From NCBI GenBank assembly GCA_051362555.1, contig CM120641.1, positions 40,864,401 to 40,928,400 on the forward strand: a stretch of 64,000 nt of DNA, in the 5' to 3' direction. The stretch's first letter is position 1. The number at the start of each line of letters is the position of its first letter. The stretch comes from Lingula anatina (lineage: Eukaryota; Animalia; Brachiopoda). A program made the position numbers and the translations under genes. This document shows positions 26,182 to 50,935 of this stretch, piece after piece. The notes beneath the pieces were generated by a model, which searched no databases, was not told where the DNA came from, and was given only the letters and a program-made list of their open reading frames with translations.

Positions 26182-29100
26182 ATGGCAGGAGAGTGGATAC
26201 TAGACGAGTTGATATGTTACTTGGGAAGCCCCCTTTTTCAGGTCCCCGTCATAACATGCTGTGAAGCAAGTTGCATAAGTAGGTTTACAACGCGTTTTCA
26301 AACCCGTGACTTATATATTGTTTTTGTACCTGTAAGACAGTAAAATATTGGATTTTTAGTGTCCGTGTTATATCCACGGCTGTTTGTTATTGATTGAATT
26401 GCTTGCATATAGATTTCGCATAACATTTCAATTTAACAATCAGTATTCCTGCCAACAAATGTCGTAAATGCATTTTATGAGGACACAAGGAAAATTATTT
26501 CTTCAATTTGCAAGCGTACTATTTTTAAGAGTCGTGTTGTGAGGACCTCAACATAATAACTGCCGTATGTTCAAATGTTATCAGCAGTAACATTACTTCA
26601 TTATTCATGTCATTTTCAACAGTATGCATGAATGCAGCATCCCAGTGGCCCCAGACTGGTGATTATCTGTGTATAATATTTTGACAGTTATGACAGCTTA
26701 CCTTAAATTGATATTGGTAACAAGCTGAAGAATGTTTGAGCGAGTTTATTTAGTGTCACTATTAATTTGTATGTTTCTACTAATACCATTGTCTCATAAC
26801 TTTAAATGACTAGTAATCAAACATAAAAAACTTGCTGTTTGGTGCAAGAAAAAAACATTGAGTCACATCTATGTTTTGAAACTGCATGATGTGACTTTAA
26901 AAAGGTCACTTATGTCACGTGATGTTATCATACTGGATGGTTTTGTTGATTTTTCTGGTTAATATTTTTTATTTTTCAACAAAGTAGAAAAAATTCACCT
27001 AACAACAATCACAAGGGTCCTTTTTGGAGTTAGAGTCGCAAAATAATGCAATAGAATATTTTAATCACTGCAAAAATTTAGGAAGAAAGTCCTCTTGTCA
27101 GGAATGCGCAAGCCAGCAGTTTCAAAGTACCCAAAATGTAGACATGGCAAAACTGTCAGTCTTACCAGTCATGACTTATTGAAAGACTGTTAAAGATAGT
27201 GAGCTATCGGTTCTTTGGAACAACAAGGGTTTTCTGAGAAGTATGAAACCAATTATGAATAACTCTTATTCAAAATTAGAATAAATTATTGTAGATGAAT
27301 CTGAAGATAAAAAGATGCCTCTCTTGTCTCATTATTTTCTCTTTTTTATGCCTTTTGTTTGGGGAATGATAAAGTAGTGGTTCTTAGGTTAAATTTGATG
27401 TGCAATACACATATAGTTATACAGGAAGCAATCGATATTGTAACAGTGTAGATAACAGATGTACAGAGGCTGAATAATTGCATATCTCCATGATCAGAAT
27501 GTGTGCTATAAATCAAAATTCCCCCAATGCTACATTCTACTTAATTTCATTACTAAAATTGCCATTGTCAAACTAGAGCTTGAACCATTAACACTTGTAT
27601 ACATCATACTGAAAACTGCAATTTTTGACTTTTCAGTTTTTGAACCCTCAACAGAGGATTCTGCAGAATACAGACAATGCTTTCGAGATTTTAAGCAGCT
27701 GGTAAGTTTGATCACCTTTTTTTTAAATTAGTTATCAAAGTGATTGGTTATGATGTTTGCAAAAATAATTTTTTTCAACATGTATATATACCAGGTACAT
27801 AGGCTCAACAAAATGACACCAAATGTGGTATTTAGTCAAGTGACTGGAAGGATGATTAATGTTTGTAAATAATGTGACTGAAGAAATGAGGGTTAGTACC
27901 AGTAAAAAACAGAACATGATAAAACAAAATATCATCTGTTAGGATAAGCTTAAACAGTGTGACTGGAAGTTACATAACAATTCAGTCAGATTGATACTGT
28001 TTGTAACTTCTTTATCTCGAGTCTACATAATGTTTGTTCTGGTTTTCATATTTCTCAAAATAATGAAGCAAATACATTTCATCTTTTTCTCTTAATTTAA
28101 TAGAAATAGAAGGGACAAAAGTATACATTAAAAGATGATAATACACAGGAGAATTGCATTGTGAAATGACTGAACTGTGATACATGTTGCTTTTAAGGTG
28201 AAGCACATAACTTCCACTTTAAATTGTTCCTTGAACTGCAATATATGATCACTACAGGGAGCTGCAGGATATCGATAAGATCATTTGCTGACAGTTTGAT
28301 TGAACCTATTGTTACAGCAAAAATTTGTTTCCTGAGATGAATGTGTTCAAAATGCATTGTTTAAAGCTCTTTCTCTCTTTCACTGATTAATGAGGATTCT
28401 CAAAGGGAAGATATTAGATACCAAGTTGAACAGTTTATTGATTTTTTGTTCACTTATGTCTCTATGATTAAGTACATTCATAGATACCATATGAATACAT
28501 TTGTATAAGGCAGTATTATACATGTGCATATACAGCAATCCCTGATATAAATGACTTGTGGCACATATTTATGTTAAAAAATATTATAGTATATTGCTGT
28601 ATTTGATTTAAGTAATAAGATTAACATCAAAATCTTACTGAAGAAAATTTTAAAGCATGTTAGCCCATTTAATTGTACCACCAGCGTAGGCGCTGGCGGT
28701 ACACATGGTTTTAGTCCCGACCCGTATGTTCCGCCGGCTCCTGCGGCTCCGCCGGCTCCTGCGGCTCCTGCGGCTCCGCCGCCAAGTCACCGTTACCGCT
28801 TCTCCTCCTAGACGGTAAGGGCCTCCATACCCATCTCTTGGATTTAGGTCACCTATAATCTCAACTCGTTCCACGTAAAATTTGGGCTTTGTCGGTATTG
28901 GGGTCTAGGTGTGGCACTCATTGCAATGCACCCTTGTCCAAAAATGGCAAAATTAAATGCTAATTATCTCCCCTACGGAAGGAATTATGGGAAAAATTTC
29001 TACAGACAGCTTTCCAAAAGTCATATGTGTAGATTTCAAATATGCCCTTGGATTTGACCTTTGACCTTTATTTCAAGGTCAAACGGGCCAAAATTTTCAA

Positions 29101-32100
29101 AAAAACAAAATTTTTGCCGAAAAAAAAATTATTTGCGGTCTTATTCAGACACCACACAGACTTAACTAATAATATTAATGGAAAGTGTTACCCTTCGGGT
29201 CATCTTTCATCTCCGTGAATTTGGGGTCAATCGGTGCATTTTCACGGGAGTAGCGGCCATAAGATATCGAAACTGAAAACTGTCTCTAATTCGGGAACCA
29301 TTAATGCTAGACACCCATTCTTTTTTGCATTTTGTAGAGCATTTAAAGCCCAACACTGGAGGTGGTCTCCGTTTTTTTGTATTTTATACGGTTTTCGAGT
29401 TACGCTGTATCAAAAAGTACATATTGGTTGTGAAAGCAAAATGTGCAGTACGGTAATGGATAATAAATTTTGAACTCCGGAAAAATAAAACATAAGGCTT
29501 GGCAAAGCAGACAACTTGTGGTCAAAAATGACATTATTTCATCAAATTTGAACATCTGGAACTTCAGAGCACCTCCCATTTCAAGAATTTTGACCAAAAT
29601 GACCTTTTCTTTATTTTAATTAATTTTTTCTGTAGGAAATTTATGGCACATTATGGTAACTCCAAAATTATACCATTTAGTCCCTTATATCTCCAAAACT
29701 GGCAGAGATAGGTCCATAGTTACTATTGAAGTTGAATAGGAAGTCATATACTGGCAATCTAAATGTGACCTTAAAATTGACCTTTGACCTACTTTTCACC
29801 ATAAACTAAACTTTGCAAATTTTGCTTCCCTTTTATCTCCAAAACTGGCAGAGATAGGTCCATAGTCTTTATTGAAGTTGAATAGGAAGTCATATACTGG
29901 TAATCTACATGTGACCTTAAAATTGACCTTTGACCTACTTTTCACCATGAACTGAACTTTGCAAATTTTGATTCCCTTTTATCTCCAAAACTGGCAGAGA
30001 TAGGTCCAAAGTCTCTATTGAACTTGAATAGGAAGTCATATACTGGCAATCTACATGTGACCTTAAAATTGACCTTTGACCTACTTTTCACCATGAACTG
30101 AACTTTGCAAATTTTGATTCCCTTTTATCTCCAAAACTGGCAGAGATAGGTCCATAGTTACTATTGAAGTTGAATAGGAAGTCATATACTGGCAATCTTA
30201 ATGTGACCTTAAAATTGACCTTTGACCTACTTTTCACCAAGAACTGAACTTTGCAAATTTTGCTTCCCTTTTATCTCCAAAGTTACGCTGTATCAAAAAG
30301 TACATATTGGTGGTGAAAGCAAAATGTGCAGTACGGTAATGGATAATAAATTTTGAACTCCGGAAAAATAAAACATAAGGCTTGGCAAAGCAGACAACTT
30401 GTGGTCAAAAATGACATTATTTCATCAAATTTGAACATCTGGAACTTCAGAGCACCTCCCATTTCAAGAATTTTGCCCAAAATGACCTTTTCTTTATTTT
30501 AATTAATTTTTTCTGTAGGAAATTTATGGCACATAATGGTAACTCCAAAATTATACCATTTAGTCCCTTATATCTCCAAAACTGGCAGAGATAGGTCCAT
30601 AGTCTATATTGAAGTTGAATAGGAAGTCATATACTGGCAATCTAAAAGTGACCTTAAAATTGACCTTTGACCTACTTTTCACCATGAACTGAACTTTGCA
30701 TATTTTGCTTCTCCTTTATCTCCAAAACTGGCAGAGATAGGTCCATGGTTACTATTGAACGTGAATAGGAAGTCATATACTGGCAATCTAAGTGTGACCT
30801 TGAAATTGACCTTTGACCTACTTATTATCATGAACTGAACTCTGCTAATTTCTTTCTCTTTTAACTCCAAACCTGGCAGAGATAGGCCCATAGTTACTAT
30901 TGAAGTTGAATAGGAAGTCATATACTGGCAATTTACTGTGACCTTGGAATTGACCTTTGACCTACCTTACGATGAACTTAACTTTGATTGTACCATTTTT
31001 AGTTATATATATATTTTTTGCATATTTTGAAAATTCTTGTTGATTGCATATTAACAGCTTGTCAAGCACAAGACTGGTGGCTGTGTTCCTCATTTTGTAT
31101 ATGTGGGGGTCTACACGAATGCGCTTGCTCCAGCTGGTGGTACAATATTCGGAGGCGGTATCGCCTCTCTGATCCTCTAGTTCTAAAATGGTTTAAATGA
31201 TATTGACAGACTATAAGATCATAATTGTCAGATATGTATTGTTACATTACAGATTGATGTCTTGTTGGATGGCTTCAGAGAAGATGTTGGACTGACACAG
31301 AGTGACATTGTTAAAGCAGTACAGAAGTTGAACATGAAAGAAGACCTGAGGGAGATTTTCAAGGTACAACAAAAGAAATGTTGAATATCTCAATGATCTG
31401 TTGTTAAAAACCTTGGCATATAAATCATCTTATGGTCAGGTACAGAGGCAGTGATGATGCGTTCATTTGGAAAGTGTGGAATTTCAGTATTAAAAAAAAA
31501 AAAAAAACGTCTAAAATTAAACCTAATATGTTTATTTCCACAGAACTCTTTTGAGCCTATTTTGGCTGTAGAAGACTACAAGTTTTTTGTTAAGATGATG
31601 ACCAAGAAAAACATAGAACTGCAGGAACAGGCTTTGGCAATCTTATTGAAGAAGACAGGTGCAGTCCCAGAAATCTACTCTAATCAAGCCAGTGGTCCTC
31701 AGCCTGATGAAGCATTTGTAGCTGTGGCAAGGTGATTTTGGCATTCATTTACTTTGGAGCCTAATCCTTTGGTGGAGAAGCATTGTTTGTAACTTCATTG
31801 TCTTTGTGGTAGCAAAATAGAAGAGAATTGATAAAAAGTATTGATAATAATAATGATTAGGATGCTAACAATGGATTAACATTGTTATAAAGTATAAAGA
31901 TGGTAATGAAAGTCATAATGTTAATTGTGCTAAATTGTTGTTGTTGACTTTCAGATTCATAACAGGATACTTTTCAATCTTTTCAAGTTCTAATTTTCAA
32001 CCGTTGTTAAAGAGAGGGGAGATCTTGAATGTGATTTAAAAAGCTACATCGTTGTTTTAAACATAGTATAGAATTGTTATAGATGTGTATCATGAAATCA

Positions 32101-33751
32101 ACAAATCTTTTCAAATGTTAGCCAAGCAGATAAGCAGTCAGAAGTGAAACAGTCAGAAGAAGAGAAAAAGCAGACAGAAGACTTTGCAAAGGCAGAGGCT
32201 GTGCGGCTAGAGGGAGAGAAGAAACAGGAGCAGCAAAAGATGCAAGAGGCAAGTGTCTACAAAAGTGCAATTTTGCTGAGTAATTATCTTTTTTTTCAAT
32301 TTAGAAAGTCTATCTTTGTCATGTATAATTGATTTTTCTACATATGTCATTCTGGAGTTTTGTGGATTCATGTTGGAAAATCACAGATGCTTAGCATATC
32401 TCTCAGTTATCACATAAATGCTGATTTAATCTTTCAGATGTTGTCAACACTGACTGTTGAAGACAAATTACCACCACTTCCTGCAGGGGCAGTGAAATCA
32501 CCACCACCGAAGCCCTCCCACCCGACTGCTCCTGCACCAGCTCCAGCTCCTGCACTAGCCCCTGTTAAGGCACCAGCCACAGCTAAGGCACCTGCACCAG
32601 CACCTGCACCAAACAAAGCACCTGCACCAGCAGCAGTAAGTACAAATTTTATGGTGAGAGACTTTGGTATCATGGCAAAAGGGTTTATCACACATAACCC
32701 TGGAAGTTTTAAAATTGAAAATAAATAAGCTAAATAAAGTTTTAAATGCTTAGTACTTAATATGTTTACTTTTTTATTAGTACTTCATGATCTAAATAAA
32801 GTTTTAGATGCTTAATACTTAATATGTTTACTTTTTTGTTAGTACTTCATGATGTAAATACATTTTTAGATGCTTAGTACTTAATATGTTTACTTTTTTG
32901 TCAGTACTTCATGACCTAAATCATGATAGTGAAAATGTTGATATGACCATTTCTCACAAAACTTTAATTGCTTTCAGCCTGTAAGTAATGCAGATGCTGC
33001 TGCCAGTTGGCTTGCCTCTGCAAAACAGGAAGCAGGCCAGCCTCAAGGAGGATTACAGTCACACATGGTAAGAACTGGTACAGAGAGTACCTTTTACTCA
33101 TAATAAGAAATTGTAGAGACTTGACATATTCTTCTACTTTCACTAAGACATGTCATGATGTTAGTAATTCATCAGAGTACCTTGATTACATTATGTCAAG
33201 GCCCTGTGGTGAAGAAACAAAACATCATGCCCCATAGGTATAAATCATGTTAAGCTGCTCTAGAAACATACTCTATCATTAATAGTAGACCAAAAAAAAA
33301 AAAATAATTCACCAAAGAAATCATTGCATGTGGGAGGATTATGTCTGTCGTAAATTGGATGAAATTTGAGAATTGCACAATGTTATCAAAAGACATCTAG
33401 AGACAGTCATTATATCCTTGCATAGTATAATTGTATATGTTTTTTTGCTTTAAGGCTGCAATGTCAAAACTAAGCCCAGATGAACTTAAAAAGAGACAAG
33501 AATTCCTTAAAGCCCAGAGGGATCAGCTGATAGCAATGAAAAAGAAAGAACGTGAAAAACAACTGCTGACTGCCGAGAAGGCTGCCCCTGCCCGTCCCAA
33601 GTCAGCAAGAGCTGCACGCTCATCACTGACACCTGCAAGTGTGCCGCCAGCTGAAGATAAAGAAATGTCTGCAGAGGCCCAAAAACAATTGGAAATGCGC
33701 AAGGCAATTGCTGCACGACTACGACAAGAAGTCGTTGGTAAGAAAACCTAA
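26182..33751 (+). CDS. CFAP36: Cilia- and flagella-associated protein 36 (CCDC104, BART-like domain); exons 26182-26278, 27637-27701, 31253-31363, 31544-31731, 32122-32248, 32438-32635, 32978-33067, 33455-33751
   Basis: N-terminal EWILDELICYLGSP.FQVPV...CIIFEP, FEPILAVEDYKFFVKMMTKKNIELQEQAL and C-terminal ELKKRQEFLKAQRDQLIAMKKKER...RKAIAARLRQEVV are CFAP36 signatures; one GC-AG intron. Confidence 0.9.
28672..31180 (+). mobile_element. Helentron-associated interspersed element (HINE/DINE-1-like) in CFAP36 intron 2
   Basis: 5' subterminal IR ATTGTACCACCAGC (28672-28685) within a hairpin; 9-bp GC-rich minisatellite (28731-28781); matching 3' subTIR GCTGGTGGTACAAT (31133-31146); 3' hairpin GAGGCG-GTAT-CGCCTC; terminal CTAG followed by TT. 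Confidence 0.8.
29687..30990. repeat. 146-bp tandem satellite (4 + 3 monomers) inside the Helentron element, interrupted by a ~290-bp duplicate of 29399-29690
   Basis: GGCAGAGATAGG anchors at 29701, 29847, 29993, 30139 and at 30584, 30730, 30875; the segment starting at 29400 recurs at 30283 (883-bp offset). Confidence 0.9.
32732..32920. repeat. Intronic ~61-bp AT-rich tandem repeat, 3 copies
   Basis: TAAATAAAGTTTTA(A/G)ATGCTTAGTACTTAATATGTTTACTTTTT..TAGTACTTCATGA occurs three times with minor changes. Confidence 0.85.
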
Positions 33752-34264
33752 CGCGCGCTTGACAGTTGTGGTGTGGACTTTGCCAGCTCTCTGTTTATTT
33801 GGTAAAAGTGTTGTTTCTCTTTCTTTTTTTTTTATTTAAAGTTACTTTGCTCATATTCTTCTGTATATTAGACAGAACTAAAGGAAAACAAAAATGGAAA
33901 CTATATATTTTCCGCCAACATACACCAGTGGTTGTACTGTTGTTGAATATTTAAAGGATTTATAGAAAAATTCTTTGGTACATCTAGTAGTTTACATTGC
34001 CACTGGGCTTTGAAGTGAATGAAGTGAAATTGGAATCAAGTGGACTACTGACCACATAAATTGTTTTGTGGGTTAAATCTTGAATAGCCAAAATAATGTA
34101 TATTCAACAAACTTACAAGAACTTAATTACCAACTTGAGTTTTGCAAATAATTTCACACCAGCAAGAGACCCTGAATTTAGATTTAGAAAGTGTGGATCT
34201 ATTCAACTAAAGTCCACTTTAAGGTGAAGATTTATGAGAACACATATAGAAAAATATTGTAATT

Positions 34265-34300
<36 letters not shown>

Positions 34301-37201
34301 TGGTTGATCAACCTTTTGCTAACGTATCTACTCTCAGGTGGACATTTATTGTTGCTCCACACTGATGTGTTTTGCCTATAAATGCAAGCAACACTAGGAG
34401 GCTGTTCAGATGCTACTGAGAGTTAGAAGAATCATTTCAAGTCTAGTCTACACATATTAGAGTGACCACATTAATGCAGATGCAACATTTGTCATTCAAA
34501 ATATTTTTAGAACTTACCAAATACAAAATGAAATTTCAAAAAATTATAAAGTATGTATATTCAGGGTGTGGGTCTTGTGGAAAACCCTGTATTCTTTGAT
34601 TGACATTCCATTTGTTTTGAAGAATTATGAAGTGAAATGAAAGTATCATTTTTGGCCATTTTATTATTTTCCTGAATATGTACACACGTCATTACCTTGG
34701 ATCAATCACATACCATCCTGGTGCTATGATTTATGTGAGCATCTTGCTACTAAGACAAAGGCAAATGCTATAAAATATTTCTATATCATTCCAGCCATTT
34801 TATTTTTAAAGGAATACAACTCGTGATATGTCCTTACCGTCAATATTTATTATGGCTTTAGGCAATCAAGCTGTTTTAATTAGTCAGGGTCACATTTTGA
34901 TATTGAAATGTGCAATTTGTATGTTTAAATGGATCAAGGGATGGCACCCAAAGTTACTGTGGTAAACATAAGACATGCATTTATTTTATTGAATATGTAC
35001 AAACAGATATTAGTCTTTATATTTTAAGTCTGTATCTTTATTTCTTGACTTTTTGTGTTTGCTGTGCATTTTAGATTCTGTTCACCTCCGTCCAGTGCAT
35101 TTTATTTTCTTTTTGAACAGTTATGAATGTGTGTATTGTTATTAGTAAGTATAAAAGTCACTGATATCCTATTAAATGGGTTGTGTAAAAGCATTTTTGT
35201 AATGGAGAAAGGAGGCAAATAAAGACTGTCTATGATATAAATAGTTTTTAACCGTTTGAAGGTTCTTTACATTGGACATTAGGGGAAAGTGTCACCTTCA
35301 CAATGAAATGTTTGCTTTTGCTTTATCCACCATGACTTATATTATGTAAAATTTGTGTCTGATAAAGATATATATAAATTTGCAGATTCAATTTTTTTTA
35401 AATTATGGTTGCCAGCAATTAAAGTGATTAAAAAAGTAATTAGATTGCCTAAAATAACTATTTTATGCGTGATCTCACTAAAAGTTTTTGTTACCAATAT
35501 ATATATATATATATGTACATTGTTTATATTTTGTTTCCCAGCCATGCGTGATCTGGAGCTGATGTAGGTAAAACAAAGAAGCAGAGAGAAGGATCACATG
35601 TAAATTACATCATACCTTTGTGTTAATGTTGTCTTGGTAACAGGTTGTATTACCTTTCAACTATTAGTAGACTCTACTTCTAGAAATAGCTGTTGTGTTG
35701 TGTGAATTGACTTTTGTTGAACAGAATATAGAATAATAGACTGCTTTTTTGTCAAATCAACCCGACTACCACCAGTAGTCTAAGATGTGTGGACAATGCT
35801 TAATGAAAAGTTAACTGTGTGAATTTAATCACTGCTGTTTGCATTCTTGTGCTATTTTTGTGGCCAACAACATTGACATATGAGCTCAATGTAATAGCCT
35901 GCCTTGTGTATTTATCCAGGATATAGTTTCATTGTGTGACTTCACCACAGTGTTCAATTTCTATTTATACTATACCCAAGGATAAGAAAAAAGATAAATC
36001 TCTCCAGCAAGATAATTCTGTAGCATCCATATCAATCAGCAGATGTTCCCGTCAGCATCATTTATGTAATTGCCTGGAAAGTCTTTATCAAATAGCACTT
36101 TGATCATTTGATCAAATGCAATAGGAAATCAAAATTATTTATGAGAACTTTGTTGGAAACATATTTGTTCAAAAATGGACACAAGGTTTTTATTATTATT
36201 ATTATTTTTTTTTCTGAAGTTACGCAGTTTCATTGAGTCTGACCAGGTATTTACCAATATTTCAGCTTTATTTTCCTTTTTTACAAAAATGAGTTGTTAC
36301 TAAATGCAGGCACTGGGTTGTACAAGTTCATAAGCTTTGGAAGGCTTTAATTTTTTTTAAATTATATTTTGGTATAACATTTCACACAGTTTGACTTTAC
36401 AAGCAGGTTTTTCAAATTGATTCGATTTTTGTAGGAGTAAAATAAAGTATGCAAAGATAAATTGGGACCAAAATTATCATAGATACTATAACATTCCAGT
36501 TGACTTTTATTAAGGAAACCAGTTTCGGAAATTTGTATTTACTTACAAGCAGTTTAAAATATCTGGTAGTGCAATCAGTAGTTTAGAAAATCATTTTTCA
36601 CATCCAAAATTTTGGTTCATTCTTTTAAACAGTTTGACCCATCAATAAGAAAGTTGATTGGAGCATGCAAAGTAAATTTTAGAGAAAAGAGTAGTCTTTT
36701 AAGAGAGATGTCCTTTGTGTGAACTTCATTCACAAAAGTGAAACTTAATTGTAGAACCATATCAAAGTTTCTATTGTATTATCACTTTTTTTCAGTTCAA
36801 GGTATGAAATTATGGAATCCCTATCTCATTAGTGTGGCATTCTGCTGAACATTCCTTGAAATGTCATTTTCAGAAAAGAAATTAGTAAATGTGTAAATAA
36901 TCATGTTATGAATAAAAAAATGCAACAGAGTACAAGTTTGCCCTATTTCTATTTTTATATTTGAAAGTTACTTTTCCAAGTTTCTTGTCATATTGGAACA
37001 ATCATTGTACGAAGTACCAAGTTCTTGTCTATTTTTTTCCAATTTATAAAACAAAACAATTAAAGGAATCTAAGAATTTATGATTCAAATTTAAATTTCA
37101 CATTTTAACTTATTTTGAGAATTAGTATGCACATGTAAGTGTTTAAATTGATATTTTATCCATTTTGTGAGTTGTGTTCTCATAAAATAGCAAGTTTTTA
37201 T

Positions 37202-37236
<35 letters not shown>

Positions 37237-39981
37237 CAATAATAACCACAGAAAACATTTTGCTGAACATCTTATGTTCATTTCACCTTATTTGTCTTTA
37301 AAGTACCTGCATTTTCTCTCTACCACATCACTGCTATATAATACAAATAACAATTCTGACTTTTAAGTGCAGACTGGTTACGTATGTTCTAAAGAATTGA
37401 ATCTTGAAATAAAATTTCATACAAGCATCATTTTATTTTGTGTAATATAGTATGTGGTTTACAGATAAAAATCTTTTAATTAGTGTCAACATACACATTT
37501 CATAACTGAATACATGATGCAGTAATGTATGCAACTCTTGTTGACAAGTCTTATATGCTTAAGACTGACATTAAAATACTTGCTTCTCAAAAACTGCACA
37601 CCCCCTTCATTAATTACAACTTTGCACCCCTTTTCAAGGCCACTAGTGAAACTTCAGATCTTTTAGCTTGTTCAGCAGTTTAAGCTTACCAAGAAATTAC
37701 CAAACATATCAGTGAATAATAACATAACAAAATTGAGTTAAAGTGAACAGCAGCTGATCATAAGTTTCAAGGTACAATATTGAAAACCTACTAAGACATG
37801 ATTTAGGGTTGTAAGAGAAAAGTGGGAAGAAATGGCTTGGTGGCCTTGTGACTGGGGATTTGGGGGCTGCTGAAGGCAGAAAACTGCCAAGAAAAAAAAA
37901 TCTGATTTATTTTGGTAAGAGTCATGTCTGTCTGCTAAAGTAGAATTTGGTACCGTTTTCTCAATTTAAAAAAAAAATGTTCAAAATGAAGAGGAGTAAT
38001 TAAATAGACCTCTGCTCCTCAATGACAGCAACCATAACAAAATATATCTTGGGGCTAATAAATTATTAGCTTTGTACTCGATACAGCACTTGGGATACAG
38101 TTATTTTAACCCTGCAAAGGTCCATTTGATCTCCGGTGCACTAATATACGCAATGATGACTAATGACACACTCAAATACTACACAACTGTACACCACATA
38201 TTACATCTATTTATGTTCTTTGCAGAATTCCACATTAGAATATAATTTAAAATTATTCACAATTGAAATCCTCTTCCGTGGTTAAAAAAAAACTACCTCA
38301 TTTTGATGGTACATCTCAATACAATACTTATATTCCTGTTATGCTCATACAAAAATTTCATTTTAAATGCGTCCCTGAAGTTTTGAACAGCGTCTCACTT
38401 TAAAGTGGTTGTGATCCCAACCTGCTTCTCTACTGGTTTTCGGACTTAAACTGCAGCTCTATCATATAATGGTGACATGTTTTAATAAAACTATGAAAAG
38501 AAGCATTCTAAAAGATAGGACGTAATTAACAAAAGAGCAATTTTGAATTTTTTTTTCCTAAAATATGTAACAACATTAACCATTGGTCTATGAACCACTG
38601 ACAAAAGAGTCCTAGCAGCAATTCACTGCATCTGGTGAAAAAAATGGTCAATTTACTCCTCTCAGCCATAATGTTCTACTGTTCACCTGTGAGGCAACTG
38701 GTCTCTAATAAAAGAAATGGATATGAAAATTGCATGCTAATTCAGCATGCTTTTACTACACTCTATACGAGTCACCATGTGACTTGATTGTACCACCAAC
38801 AAAGATCATTATACTTTTAAATGCAAAAAATTATACAATAATTATACAATGCAAACAATAATAAATAAACATAATAATCATTATAAATAAATAAAACAAC
38901 ATGATAAAAGGTATTACAAGGATCCTTTGAAAAAACAGATGGGAAATTATGCCATACAAATTGATTGAGTTTTGAAAAGTAATAATGATGAAAATATTAT
39001 GAACTCGACTAACTTCTTTACCTCCAACTTCACAAGCTGGTGGTAAAATAATAGGCTTAAAAATTCTGTGGCACTTGTCAAAGAATCAATTAACTATATA
39101 CACCTTGATAAAATGCCTATTCCATGCATGTAGAATAAAATACATCTTTGTTTGTACAAAACTATCAGAAAACTGCATGGACATGACAAGTACTGCTCTA
39201 GAGATAAAGCTATTATTTACACATTAGTCATGGGCACACAAGAACTAGAATAAGTATCTGAAGTGGATAATGAGATCACAATTGTGAGGCAGACTGTAAA
39301 TGTTTTGTTTTTTTGTAGGACGTCAAACCTCAAAAAACTAATTACAGTAAGCTGGCATGTTCTATGTCTGATGCAGAGAACTGCATCCCATTATTTTGTA
39401 AAGGTGGGACAGCTCTTGAGAAGTCTCCACATTTTTTCTCTTACTAGAACCTACCAGTACACCTACCCCAGTCATATAAGCACAGAATGTACGAGGTCTT
39501 TTTTACCCATAATCTTACCACTGTATCAATGCTTGCGAGGTGAACTAAACACATTAGCTGTCTTAATCAGCAACCTAATTCAATTTTGATAAGATATTAC
39601 ACGAGACTGGGGTTATTGCTGTGCTGAACTCACACGTGAACAGTTGGCTGGATGGTTAATAAGGTCACACCAGACAGTCACAGCAGCAATGCCCTGACAA
39701 TGTTCCAGACAAAAAAAAAAAAATCTCAAACAAAACAAAAATTGCTGATTTAGCTTGCTGTGGTCCCTCAGTATTATATTTTTTCGTTTATCTGCAAAAA
39801 AAACTTGGCTACTATGTCAGTACCGCCTGAGTTGCATTTCATTGAGTTATGAAGATCAGTTCAGGTAACTGCCACCAGTTAAGACAGATTGTACTTTCTA
39901 TGCAATCTCAATCAACCTCTGTTTATGTGACAAATTCTGAACTGTACTTTGCACATGTAAGAATCTGCAAGTTGAAAGTAG

Positions 39982-50552
<10,571 letters not shown>

Positions 50553-50935
50553 TTTATTGCTTTATTGTAGCACAAAGCCCAATATTTCTCTCCCGTGCCT
50601 ACTCTTCATCTCATCTCAGGGACTCGGCAGCAATCATTTTCCCTGTAAATAATCATGAAATTAAGCCTCTCCAAAATGTTTACTAAATCGCGGATGTCAC
50701 AGTAAGCAAGAGACTGACGTCAACTACGTCTACAGACGGGTAGCATACCAACAAACACCAATGCCGATCTCCTGTATCTTACCATCAAGGTGATATTGCA
50801 GAATCAAAAATAATTCTCAGCAAAAGTATTTAAAGAATTCCTATAACCTAAACGATATGTGCACATGGACGAAGCAAGAGGCATAACAGACGACTTACCG
50901 TCTACTCTCCTGAAACAACCATACCGATTTCGTAG

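Noticed and set aside
28650-28874. ORF with RRSRRSRRS repeats resembling a protamine
   Set aside because: It is the antisense reading of the 9-bp minisatellite inside the Helentron element; no gene structure.
29400-30480. Two near-identical 65-aa ORFs suggesting a duplicated gene
   Set aside because: Both arise from the 883-bp internal duplication of the non-coding transposon.
29687-30990. Regular repeats as a possible CRISPR array
   Set aside because: Monomers are contiguous and near-identical with no unique spacers; eukaryotic context; no cas genes.
32434-32691. Gly/Ala-rich ORF resembling silk or elastin
   Set aside because: Antisense shadow of the Pro/Ala-rich CFAP36 exon.
33752-39981. 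Hidden gene between CFAP36 and PPP4R3
   Set aside because: Only short low-complexity ORFs and no coherent exon chain; composition fits long 3'UTRs and intergenic DNA.
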